From Paludibacteraceae bacterium (lineage in GTDB: Bacteria > Bacteroidota > Bacteroidia > Bacteroidales > Paludibacteraceae), in the NCBI GenBank assembly GCA_016292775.1, contig JAEDFN010000002.1, positions 2,908 to 66,907 of the forward strand: DNA of 64,000 nt, written 5' to 3'. A program made the position numbers and the translations under genes. This document shows positions 28,916 through 37,515 of this stretch, piece after piece. Position 1 is the stretch's first letter. Each line of letters opens with the position of its first letter. The notes beneath the pieces were generated by a model. That model made no database searches and was not told the DNA's origin. It saw only the letters and a program-made list of their open reading frames with translations.

Positions 28916-30145
28916 TTATTTTCCTTTTATTATCTGTAATATTTCTATTTCGAAAGTCATTATCGACAATGGAGGGATAGGGTCGCTAGGGTCTGTTTTT
29001 TTATCGTGGCGGTTGTAAATAGTGAATTTACTGCCTGCCGGCATTTGGGTAAATATCTCTTTCCAAGCAGGTGTCATATTGTATAAGGATAATTTTATCG
29101 GTTTCCCTTTTTTGTAGCTATTGTCAATCTCTTTTTCGCCTCTGATAGATATTATGGAATGTGCTAATATAGTGTCGTTTACCGTAGCAATTTCACCTTC
29201 TCCTTTTTTATGAATTTCGTATTGTACGTTCTTATCAGTTGTTTCAAAAACATTTTCTTTTTTTAGATTCTCTTCAAAGAAATTGTCGTGTTCTTTTTTA
29301 CTTTCATTAATCTCTTCTTTAATTTTTGAAGACCTTGATTGGAAATAATTTGTAAGCATATCCAACGCCTCTTTTTCTTCTATTAGAGGTGTTTTGTCTT
29401 CAAAATAGCAGAAGAAACCGGCAAGTAATATATCTTCTGATTTTACAAAATCGGAGTCGTTGAAGATTATTGTGTTGTCTGCAAATCTTTTTTTGAAGTT
29501 ATTGTAACCTTTTATTCCTTCCAAGTAAGCGGATTTGCTACCATCCATAGCTTCAAAGAGATTTTTACAAAAGATTTCTTTAAATTCTTTTGAAGTATCG
29601 GTTTTCAGAACCATATTACGTATTTGGTGCCCGTTTAAGAAGCCCATGATATAATTTGCCGTGTCAACTTCTTCTTTTGTAAGAGGAGTATGTACCTTAT
29701 TTTGTATCCATTTTTGGGCTGAGCGAGAGTCCTTAACCCAGTCTCTCAAATATATTGCGTCGGTAATTCCTTGGCAAATTATGTCAATGTTATTAACGAT
29801 ATTTGAGTCACCAAAAAGGAATCCGTCTTTTAGAATATAGTTGAAATTATCGCCCATCATTATACCATTGTATATAGCTCTAATTTGGTCTTTATCAAGG
29901 TCTTTGTTATTATAAAGAAAGTTGAATCCTTTTATGACGTTTGATTTGTCTTCGGCAGTAATAGTATCGTTTTTCTTTAAAAGAGCGTCACGAACAATAG
30001 TCATTTCTTTAATACCGACGGCATAATTTAAAGAATCGTTTTTAGATTGTAAAGAAATATTACAATGACTGTTGTTACAAGAATTTGTAACAACAGTCAT
30101 AGCAAGTGAAAATATAAGAAATGCAATTATTTTAAGTTTCTTCAT
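28916..30145 (-). CDS. FKBP/Mip-like lipoprotein with a degenerate FKBP domain (probable non-catalytic paralog)
   Basis: 409 aa. Lipobox TNSC. The N-terminal helical region resembles its neighbours (DSLNYAVGI...). The C-terminal domain aligns to FKBP but lacks the HY.G, FDSS, VI.GW and AYG motifs. Confidence 0.75.
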   Translation of the reverse strand: MKKLKIIAFLIFSLAMTVVTNSCNNSHCNISLQSKNDSLNYAVGIKEMTIVRDALLKKNDTITAEDKSNVIKGFNFLYNNKDLDKDQIRAIYNGIMMGDNFNYILKDGFLFGDSNIVNNIDIICQGITDAIYLRDWVKDSRSAQKWIQNKVHTPLTKEEVDTANYIMGFLNGHQIRNMVLKTDTSKEFKEIFCKNLFEAMDGSKSAYLEGIKGYNNFKKRFADNTIIFNDSDFVKSEDILLAGFFCYFEDKTPLIEEKEALDMLTNYFQSRSSKIKEEINESKKEHDNFFEENLKKENVFETTDKNVQYEIHKKGEGEIATVNDTILAHSIISIRGEKEIDNSYKKGKPIKLSLYNMTPAWKEIFTQMPAGSKFTIYNRHDKKTDPSDPIPPLSIMTFEIEILQIIKGK

Positions 30146-31437
30146 TATTTTACTATTTGTATTAATTCGATTTTAAAAATCAATGTAGCATATGGAGGAA
30201 TTACATTACTTGCACCATTAGATCCGTAGGCAAGATTATAAGGGATGTAGAAAATATAAGTAGAGCCTTCAGACATCAATTGCAAACCTTCTGTCCATCC
30301 TTTAATCACTTGGGTTGGCACAAATTCAATAGGTTCGCCTCGTTGATAAGAGCTGTCGAATATTGTGCCGTCAATTAATTTGCCTTCGTAATGAACCTTA
30401 ACGGTGCTTGATTCAGTAGGTTTTGCTCCTGTACCTTGTTTGATAATTTCGTATTGAAGTCCGGACTCGGTGGTAGTAACTTCCGGTCTTAATGCATTAT
30501 TTTGTAAGAAAGCAAAACCCTCTTGTTGATTTTTAATAGCCTCGTTTTGATTTAATTGTGCTTGAGTAGCCATTCTCTCACTTTGAATTTTTTGGCCTAA
30601 ACTATCAATGAAGTTTTTTGATTGTTCAAAGTTTAATGCGGCTTTTGGATTTTGCATGATTCCATCGATTAATCCGTTGAGTACCATTGGTTTGTTTACC
30701 GGGATTTTTTCTGAATCAAAGAAATTTTGAATATTGCCGATTTGCTCCCAAAGTAAATGACCCAACATTTCGCCTTTGCTGAAGTTTGAAATATTGTCAC
30801 TATTTTTGATGTATGAATTATAGCCGTTTACAAGGGCGTCTATCAAGTGAGATGCAGTGTCGCCTTTTACCATGTGCTTTAGTATGTTTTGACCATTCAT
30901 GAATCCGAAGAAGAGCGAAATACTATCTGCCAAAGATTGGCTGAGATTAATATTTTCTCCTGTTTGTAATGGAGTAAAAACATGTTCGTTGATAAAAGAA
31001 GAATACTCATTTAAATTAAAATTATCGTTGTCTTTTCTCAAAGCATAGATAATACCTTTTGAAACGGAATCGATATTCAGTTTAAACCCTTCAACAGGGA
31101 TTAGTTTTTCGCTATCCTCGTTTGCAATTTTTAACATGCTTTCTGCTATGGTTTTACCATTCAAATTCGCATTTGCCGTAGCGTCTTTATCTTTATATGC
31201 AGATTCGAGGCCTAAGCAGAAAGAGATTAGGTTTTTTAATTTAAGAGTATCGCCTTTGAGTACATCAAAACGGTTTTGAACACCGGAAGCATACCCCATA
31301 GCATAATTTAAGGAGTCGCTTGTGGTGGTTAACTCTGTAGCTGTTAATTTTTTAAAATTGCGTTTTTTAGTCTGTGCATTTAATGTCACTGATGGTATTA
31401 ACGCAATGATTAACAGTAATATAAATAATTTTTTCAT
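30145..31437 (-). CDS. FKBP-type peptidyl-prolyl cis-trans isomerase (Mip/FkpA-like, secreted)
   Basis: 430 aa. Signal peptide. C-terminal VKVHYEGKLIDGTIFDSSYQRGEPIEF...VIKGWTEGLQLM...YNLAYG. Confidence 0.9.
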   Translation of the reverse strand: MKKLFILLLIIALIPSVTLNAQTKKRNFKKLTATELTTTSDSLNYAMGYASGVQNRFDVLKGDTLKLKNLISFCLGLESAYKDKDATANANLNGKTIAESMLKIANEDSEKLIPVEGFKLNIDSVSKGIIYALRKDNDNFNLNEYSSFINEHVFTPLQTGENINLSQSLADSISLFFGFMNGQNILKHMVKGDTASHLIDALVNGYNSYIKNSDNISNFSKGEMLGHLLWEQIGNIQNFFDSEKIPVNKPMVLNGLIDGIMQNPKAALNFEQSKNFIDSLGQKIQSERMATQAQLNQNEAIKNQQEGFAFLQNNALRPEVTTTESGLQYEIIKQGTGAKPTESSTVKVHYEGKLIDGTIFDSSYQRGEPIEFVPTQVIKGWTEGLQLMSEGSTYIFYIPYNLAYGSNGASNVIPPYATLIFKIELIQIVK

Positions 31438-31450
31438 ATGGGTTGTCTAA

Positions 31451-32692
31451 TTATTTTTCTTCTTCTACTATATCGAGTAATTCAACTTCGAAAATAAGAG
31501 TAGAGAAAGGTTTTATTGTTTCGCTAACTTCTCTATCGCCATAAGCGAGGTCGTAAGGGATGTAAAGTTTCCATTTAGATCCTACAGGCATAAGTTGAAG
31601 TGCTTCTGTCCATCCTTTTATTACTTGAGAAACGCCGAAAGTAGCAGGTTCATTACGCTCTACAGAACTGTCGAATACAGTGCCATCGATTAGTGTGCCG
31701 TGATAATGCACCTTAACCATATCAGTAGCAGTTGGTGTTTTACCTTTTCCTTGTTTGATAATTTCGTATTGTAAACCACTTTCTGTTGTTTTTACTTCAG
31801 GGCGTTCTTTATTTGTTGCCAAGAAATCTTCACCTTGTTTTTTGTTGTCGGAGTAAAGAAGTGCATTTTCTTCTTGTATCTTTTGTTGTGCTTGAAGATA
31901 TTTTTTCATTTGAAAAGATTGTACAAATTCTTGACTCTTTTCTAATGTTGTGTAAGTTTCGTCCTTATCAAAAGCATCTATTACACCTCTTTTTACTAAT
32001 TCTATATTGCAAACGGTATTTAAGTCGAAAAGAGATTCATCTTTGCCAATATTATTTGCTATTTCATTTCCTACAAAAAAAGCTTGTTTCTCAATGTAAT
32101 TATCAGCATTTACATCGGAGAATGCTTTTTTGAATTTTTCGATTTCTTTAGGGTCACTGTTTATTACATTTTGATTCATAATATTTTTTACATCTGAATA
32201 AACAATGTAATAATTCAGTTTTTTAACATCATCTGTTGTTATTTCTTGTTTATTCATTGCTTTTTTGAAGGTATCGTTAATAAACTCTCGTATTTGATTA
32301 TCATCCAATTCGCTTTCTTTTTTATCAAGAGCATCGAAAATACCTCTTTTAATTTCGTCGTAATCAGCCACTAATGCGGAGTCTCCATTAATAAAGCCAT
32401 CTTTACATAATTGACCGTAGATAAAGATACCTAAACTGGTACCCATTTGTGCGTTTTCAGATTCTTCTTTTGTTCCTTTAAATCCTTTTTCGATATGTTT
32501 TTTATATACACTTATTTTTGTTGAGTCGATTTGTTTAATGAAATTTAATTGTTGAGTTCCAACCAAATATCCTATGTTATAAGATAAAGAGTCGGCTTCG
32601 TTAGTCATTTCAACTGCTTTTTTATTACCGCAAGAAGAAAAGATTAATAAAGTAGCGGCAATTACTAATAAAAATATTTTTTTCATATTCAT
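31451..32692 (-). CDS. FKBP-type peptidyl-prolyl cis-trans isomerase (Mip/FkpA-like lipoprotein)
   Basis: 413 aa. Lipobox FSSC. C-terminal [18 protein letters not shown]...[12 protein letters not shown]...YDLAYG. Confidence 0.9.
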   Translation of the reverse strand: MNMKKIFLLVIAATLLIFSSCGNKKAVEMTNEADSLSYNIGYLVGTQQLNFIKQIDSTKISVYKKHIEKGFKGTKEESENAQMGTSLGIFIYGQLCKDGFINGDSALVADYDEIKRGIFDALDKKESELDDNQIREFINDTFKKAMNKQEITTDDVKKLNYYIVYSDVKNIMNQNVINSDPKEIEKFKKAFSDVNADNYIEKQAFFVGNEIANNIGKDESLFDLNTVCNIELVKRGVIDAFDKDETYTTLEKSQEFVQSFQMKKYLQAQQKIQEENALLYSDNKKQGEDFLATNKERPEVKTTESGLQYEIIKQGKGKTPTATDMVKVHYHGTLIDGTVFDSSVERNEPATFGVSQVIKGWTEALQLMPVGSKWKLYIPYDLAYGDREVSETIKPFSTLIFEVELLDIVEEEK

Positions 32693-32704
32693 TTCTGTTT
32701 TTAT

Positions 32705-33301
32705 TTATTTTACAATATCTAATAATTCTACTTCAAAGATTAATGCAGAGTAAGGTTGAATCATACTTCCTGCGCCTCTTTCACCATAAGCTAAGTTATA
32801 AGGGATGAAGAGTTTCCATTTAGAACCTACAGGCATAAGTTGTAAAGCTTCCACCCATCCTTGTATCACTTGAGTTACACCGAAAACTGCAGGTTCACCG
32901 CGTTTTACGGAACTATCGAATACGGTACCATCTATTAATGTGCCATGGTAGTGTACTTTAACTTTATCATTAGCAGTTGGTATGGCGCCTTTTCCTTCGG
33001 TAATGATTTCGTATTGCAGACCGCTATCAAGGGTTTTTACTCCTTCGCGTTTTGCGTTTTCTTTAAGAAATTCTTCACCGGCTTTACGTTTGTCTGCAGA
33101 AGCAGCCTCTTTTTCTTCTTGTAATTTAGTGAAATAGGTATTTAAAAGTTGTTGTGCTTCTTGAATGTCAATTTCTAATGGTTTATGTTCACACATTGCT
33201 TCAACTCCACGAGCAAAAGAGTTGTAGTCTATTCCTTTAATTCCGCTTTCTGCCAAATGTTGACCGAAACTGAGGCCTATGGCATAACTTGTTTTGTCCA
33301 T
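32705..33301 (-). CDS. FKBP-type peptidyl-prolyl cis-trans isomerase (FklB-like, no signal peptide)
   Basis: 198 aa. The FKBP domain is almost identical in motif content to 31451-32692 ([18 protein letters not shown]...[20 protein letters not shown]). Confidence 0.9.
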   Translation of the reverse strand: MDKTSYAIGLSFGQHLAESGIKGIDYNSFARGVEAMCEHKPLEIDIQEAQQLLNTYFTKLQEEKEAASADKRKAGEEFLKENAKREGVKTLDSGLQYEIITEGKGAIPTANDKVKVHYHGTLIDGTVFDSSVKRGEPAVFGVTQVIQGWVEALQLMPVGSKWKLFIPYNLAYGERGAGSMIQPYSALIFEVELLDIVK

Positions 33302-33335
33302 TTTTGATATCTGTTTTTTATTGTTTTTACTTTTG

Positions 33336-33343
33336 CAAAGGTA
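33336..33343 (-). promoter_or_regulatory. Candidate -7 box (TACCTTTG) for the FKBP gene array
   Basis: Minus-strand TACCTTTG about 35 nt upstream of the ATG at 33301, in the 67-nt gap after pyrB. Confidence 0.45.
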
Positions 33344-33368
33344 TAAAAATTAATTGATGTGGCAAATA

Positions 33369-34457
33369 TTATTTTTCCGGCATCGGGGATTGGCAATATA
33401 TACACCTATATTCATTACCTTCTTTTGAGTATAGATTCGGTTGTTTTTCTATTGTGGTAATACAATGAGGGTTGGTGCATTTTGGTCCTTCTTTAGTCTC
33501 TTTTTTCTCTTCTACTGCTGTTTTGTTTTGTTCCTTCCATTGTAAAAGGGTATAAATAAGGGCCATTCTCACATATTTTCCGTTTCGTACTTGGCGGAAA
33601 TATGCAGCACGAGGGTCATCGTCCACCTCTTGGGTTATTTCATTTACTCTTGGAAGTGGGTGAAGTACTATCATATTGGATTTTCCGAGTTGCATTTTTT
33701 CTTTGTCGAGAATAAAGCTGTCTTTTAGTCGTTCGTAGTCTGCTTTATTGGCAAATCTCTCTTGCTGAACTCGAGTCATATATAGCACGTCAAGCATAGG
33801 GATAGCCTCTTCGAGTGATGATATTTCTACAAATTCCGGTAGGTTTCTGTTATTGCAAATTATCTCCACATCGTGTTTTACATATTCCGGAAGACGTAAT
33901 TCATCAGGTGCAATAAGTACGAATTTAATATTATCGTATTGGCACATTGCTTTGATAAGAGAGTGTACGGTTCTACCATATTTTAAGTCCCCGCAAAGGC
34001 CGATAGTAAGGTTGTTGAATCTACCTATTTCACGGTGAATAGTGAGCATATCGGTGAGCGTTTGAGTAGGGTGGCTATGGCCTCCGTCACCGGCATTAAT
34101 AATCGGAATTTCAGAGTATTGTGATGCGATATACGGGGCACCCTCTTTCGGGTGACGCATGGCAATAATATCTGCAAATTGGGATATAACGCGTACTGTA
34201 TCGGCTACCGTTTCTCCTTTGCTGACGGAAGAACTTGCTGCGTCGGAGAATCCTAATACATTGCCTCCGAGCTCCATCATGGCGGCGGTGAAACTTAATC
34301 TTGTGCGTGTGCTTGGTTCATAGAATAGGGTAGCTAATTTTTTCCCTTTGCATACTTCACTATACTTCTCTTTATGGTTGATGATGTCGGTAGCCAGATT
34401 CATTAAATCATCTATCTCTTTGGTTGATAGATTGGTAGGCTCAATAAGATGTCTCAT
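33369..34457 (-). CDS. pyrB: Aspartate carbamoyltransferase catalytic chain fused to a C-terminal PyrI-type zinc-binding domain
   Basis: 362 aa. [12 protein letters not shown] and HPLPR catalytic motifs in the first 310 aa or so. A K/E-rich linker follows, then CTNPHCIT-x17-CIYC, which matches the PyrI Zn-domain pattern (CxNxxCI...CxYC). Confidence 0.93.
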   Translation of the reverse strand: MRHLIEPTNLSTKEIDDLMNLATDIINHKEKYSEVCKGKKLATLFYEPSTRTRLSFTAAMMELGGNVLGFSDAASSSVSKGETVADTVRVISQFADIIAMRHPKEGAPYIASQYSEIPIINAGDGGHSHPTQTLTDMLTIHREIGRFNNLTIGLCGDLKYGRTVHSLIKAMCQYDNIKFVLIAPDELRLPEYVKHDVEIICNNRNLPEFVEISSLEEAIPMLDVLYMTRVQQERFANKADYERLKDSFILDKEKMQLGKSNMIVLHPLPRVNEITQEVDDDPRAAYFRQVRNGKYVRMALIYTLLQWKEQNKTAVEEKKETKEGPKCTNPHCITTIEKQPNLYSKEGNEYRCIYCQSPMPEK

Positions 34458-34463
34458 CGTAGT

Positions 34464-35105
34464 TTATTTTTTCATCCAACTTTCGTCGGAAGGGTTGTTT
34501 CTAAATGCAATAAGACGTTGTTTGTCTTCATTAGCAATGTATCCCTCTTCGGCAGCAACTTCAACGAGAGTGTCGAGGTTTGAGAGACTGTAATTTGTTA
34601 CTTTTGCTTCGGCGAGTCGGTCTAATCCTTTTTTCATGCCGTAAGTAAAGATACTTGCAACGCCGAGAACGTCGGCTCCTGCTTCACGGAGAATGTTTAC
34701 CACTTCGATGCAACTACCGGCTGTTGATATAAGGTCTTCGATAACAACCACTTTTTGCCCTTTTTCAAGGCGACCTTCTATTTGATTGCCTCTGCCATGA
34801 TCTTTTGCGCCGGAGCGAACGTAGCCCATCGGTAAGTTAAGAATTGTTGCTGTTATAGCAGCGTGGGCAATTCCTGCTGTTGATGTACCCATAAGTATTT
34901 CCGCTTCAGGAAATTTTGTGCGTACAATTTCTGCCAATCCCTCTTCTACATCATTTCTTACAGGTATTGAAGAGAGTGTGAGGCGGTTGTCGCAATATAT
35001 CGGACTTTTTATTCCGCTTGCCCATGTGAATGGTTCTTCCGGACGGAGGAATACGGCTTTTATCGATAATAAGTCTTTAGCAATTTTCTTTTCCATATAT
35101 TTCAT
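34464..35105 (-). CDS. pyrE: Orotate phosphoribosyltransferase
   Basis: 213 aa. PRPP-binding loop VVVIEDLISTAGS. Confidence 0.95.
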   Translation of the reverse strand: MKYMEKKIAKDLLSIKAVFLRPEEPFTWASGIKSPIYCDNRLTLSSIPVRNDVEEGLAEIVRTKFPEAEILMGTSTAGIAHAAITATILNLPMGYVRSGAKDHGRGNQIEGRLEKGQKVVVIEDLISTAGSCIEVVNILREAGADVLGVASIFTYGMKKGLDRLAEAKVTNYSLSNLDTLVEVAAEEGYIANEDKQRLIAFRNNPSDESWMKK

Positions 35106-35110
35106 TTTAA

Positions 35111-35812
35111 TTATTCATTAACAAATTCTTGAAGGCAACGTTCGTAAGCTGCAACGGGATTTTCTGCAGCGGTAATAGGACGTCCTACTACGATGTAGTC
35201 GGTGCCTATCTCTTTTGCGCGTTCCGGTGTTGTTATTCTCACTTGGTCTCCTACGGCACCATCGGCGAATCGTATACCCGGTGTTACGGTGATGAATTCT
35301 TTTCCGCAAGCCTCTTTAACTATTCCGGCTTCAAGAGGGGAACATACTACGCCATCTAACCCTGCAATCTTGGCATTCTTGGCATAATGCACTACCACAT
35401 CATTTATATTGCCATTGATAAGTAGGTCGTTATGCATTCTTTCTTCGCTTGTAGAAGTAAGTTGTGTTACTGCTATTAAAAGGGGGCGAGTGCCATCCGG
35501 GCGGGTAAGACCTTCTAATGCGGCACGCATCATCTCTATCGTTCCTGCGGCGTGAAGATTACACATGTCAACGTCAAGGCGTGAAAGTACTGCCATTGAT
35601 TTTTTTACGGTATTAGGTATGTCATGTAATTTTAAATCGAGAAAAATTCTGTGACCGCGTTTTTTCAGTTGTCGTACAATTTCCGGTCCTTCCGCATAAA
35701 ACAGTTCCATACCGATTTTTACAAAAGGTTTTTTTCCGGTGAACTTATCTAAAAAATTATATGTCTCTTCTGCGCTTGAAAAATCGCATGCTATTATTAC
35801 ATCACGTTTCAT
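35111..35812 (-). CDS. pyrF: Orotidine 5'-phosphate decarboxylase
   Basis: 233 aa. IACDF..., [13 protein letters not shown], and VGRPI near the C-terminus. Confidence 0.95.
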   Translation of the reverse strand: MKRDVIIACDFSSAEETYNFLDKFTGKKPFVKIGMELFYAEGPEIVRQLKKRGHRIFLDLKLHDIPNTVKKSMAVLSRLDVDMCNLHAAGTIEMMRAALEGLTRPDGTRPLLIAVTQLTSTSEERMHNDLLINGNINDVVVHYAKNAKIAGLDGVVCSPLEAGIVKEACGKEFITVTPGIRFADGAVGDQVRITTPERAKEIGTDYIVVGRPITAAENPVAAYERCLQEFVNE

Positions 35813-35813
35813 A

Positions 35814-36725
35814 TTACTTATTTATTATTCCTATTATGTCGGTTAAAGAATTAATTTTCAATTCACTCATCACGTCAGGGAGCTTTTCTATAATATTTTT
35901 ACATATATAAGGTTCTGTAAGATTCATAGCTCCTACTTGTACTGCAGTAGCACCCGCCATCATCATTTCTATTACATCTTCGGCAGAAGATACGCCACCA
36001 CATCCCATAATCGGTAAAGAGCAAGCATTTGCCACTTGATTTACCATTCGCACTGCGATAGGGAATACGGCAGGACCGGAGAAACCGCCCATTCTGTTGG
36101 CTATTACAGGTTTACGCCTTTTTATGTCTATTCGCATTCCCAATAGTGTATTGATGAGTGATAAACCATCGGCTCCACCTTCTTCGCATGCTTTTGCTAT
36201 TGCCACTATATCCGTTACATTCGGCGACAGTTTGATGAAAACAGGTTTTGTAGTTACTGCTTTAACAGCTTTTGTTACATCGTAAGCGGCTTGTGGTGTA
36301 GTGCCGAAAGCCATTCCTCCATTATGTACATTAGGACAGCTGATATTTACCTCTATAATAGCAACTTGTTCTTCCTTATCAATTTTTTCACAACAGTAAG
36401 CATATTCGTCTATCGAGAATCCGCTGATATTTGCAATTATCGGTTTGTTAAACACTCTTCTTAAAGCAGGTAGTTCCTCAGAAATAACCTTTTCTATTCC
36501 AGGATTTTGCAGTCCTACAGCGTTTATCATTCCGCTTTTACACTCTGCAATTCGCGGAGTAGGATTTCCGAAACGAGCCTCTTTTGTTGTGCCCTTAAAA
36601 GAAATTGAGCCTAAAATATTCAAGTCATATAGTTGAGCAAATTCTTGTCCGAAACCGAAAGTTCCGGAAGCAGGTATTACGGGATTATCTAATTTTACCC
36701 CGCATAAATTTACTGATAAATCCAT
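35814..36725 (-). CDS. pyrD: Dihydroorotate dehydrogenase, class 1B catalytic subunit
   Basis: Start trimmed to the internal ATG ([26 protein letters not shown]). The ORF-track start at 36869 would overlap pyrK by 122 nt. Conserved NISCPN and GGV...A motifs. Confidence 0.92.
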   Translation of the reverse strand: MDLSVNLCGVKLDNPVIPASGTFGFGQEFAQLYDLNILGSISFKGTTKEARFGNPTPRIAECKSGMINAVGLQNPGIEKVISEELPALRRVFNKPIIANISGFSIDEYAYCCEKIDKEEQVAIIEVNISCPNVHNGGMAFGTTPQAAYDVTKAVKAVTTKPVFIKLSPNVTDIVAIAKACEEGGADGLSLINTLLGMRIDIKRRKPVIANRMGGFSGPAVFPIAVRMVNQVANACSLPIMGCGGVSSAEDVIEMMMAGATAVQVGAMNLTEPYICKNIIEKLPDVMSELKINSLTDIIGIINK

Positions 36726-36747
36726 ATTGTCGTTGTGTTTTAGACTG

Positions 36748-37515
36748 TTAGAAAATAATGTCGTTTTTAAAGAGTATTGGTCCCTCTTTGCAAATTCGTT
36801 TATTACCACTATTGGTTTTGCATGTACATCCCATACAAGCTCCGAAACCACAGCCCATTCTCTCTTCAAAAGAGAATTGACCGTCGATATGAGTGGCTTC
36901 GTAGATAGCTTTTAGCATCGGTAGCGGACCGCAGCAAAAAGTATAGTCAAAAAGCACGCAACTCTTTTCCATTGCATCGGTCACAAAACCTTTTATACCT
37001 CCGCTACCATCTACCGTAGATACAATAGTCTCTATTTCAAGAGCTTTAAATTCATCGAAATAAAACACTTCTTCTGCGGTGTTGAAGCCCATAATCATTG
37101 TTGGTCTGCATCCTTTCTCTTTTAGTTTTTTTGCTAATGCAAATAAAGGGGGTACACCAACTCCGCCTCCTATGAGTAAAGGGTGTTTCATTTTTGGAAT
37201 GTCGAGAGAAAAACCATTGCCAAGACCAACGAGCATATCTAATTTTTCACCCGGAACCATCTCGCTCATCTTTTTTGTTCCTTCACCGACAACCTTATAT
37301 ATTAATGTAATGGTATCATCATTCCAGTCACAGATTGATATCGGACGACGTAGGAAACTGCCATCGAGTTTGATATTCACGAATTGTCCCGGAGAAGATA
37401 TGTTTTTTGTGCATCCCGACACTATCATTTTAAATGTAGTAGCGGTAAGAGCTTCGTTGCTTACTATTGTGTATAAACCTTGTATTTTCATGTCTATCAA
37501 ATTATTCGGCATCAA
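36748..37515 (-). CDS. pyrK: Dihydroorotate dehydrogenase electron-transfer subunit (FAD / 2Fe-2S)
   Basis: 255 aa. RRPISI flavin motif and C-terminal [11 protein letters not shown] cluster ligands. Overlaps the carB stop by 14 nt. Confidence 0.92.
   Translation of the reverse strand: MMPNNLIDMKIQGLYTIVSNEALTATTFKMIVSGCTKNISSPGQFVNIKLDGSFLRRPISICDWNDDTITLIYKVVGEGTKKMSEMVPGEKLDMLVGLGNGFSLDIPKMKHPLLIGGGVGVPPLFALAKKLKEKGCRPTMIMGFNTAEEVFYFDEFKALEIETIVSTVDGSGGIKGFVTDAMEKSCVLFDYTFCCGPLPMLKAIYEATHIDGQFSFEERMGCGFGACMGCTCKTNSGNKRICKEGPILFKNDIIF

Noticed and set aside
36726-36869. 48-codon N-terminal extension of pyrD given in the ORF track
   Set aside because: It would overlap pyrK by 122 nt. The internal ATG at 36725 gives the canonical class 1B N-terminus ([16 protein letters not shown]) and a 22-nt intergenic gap.
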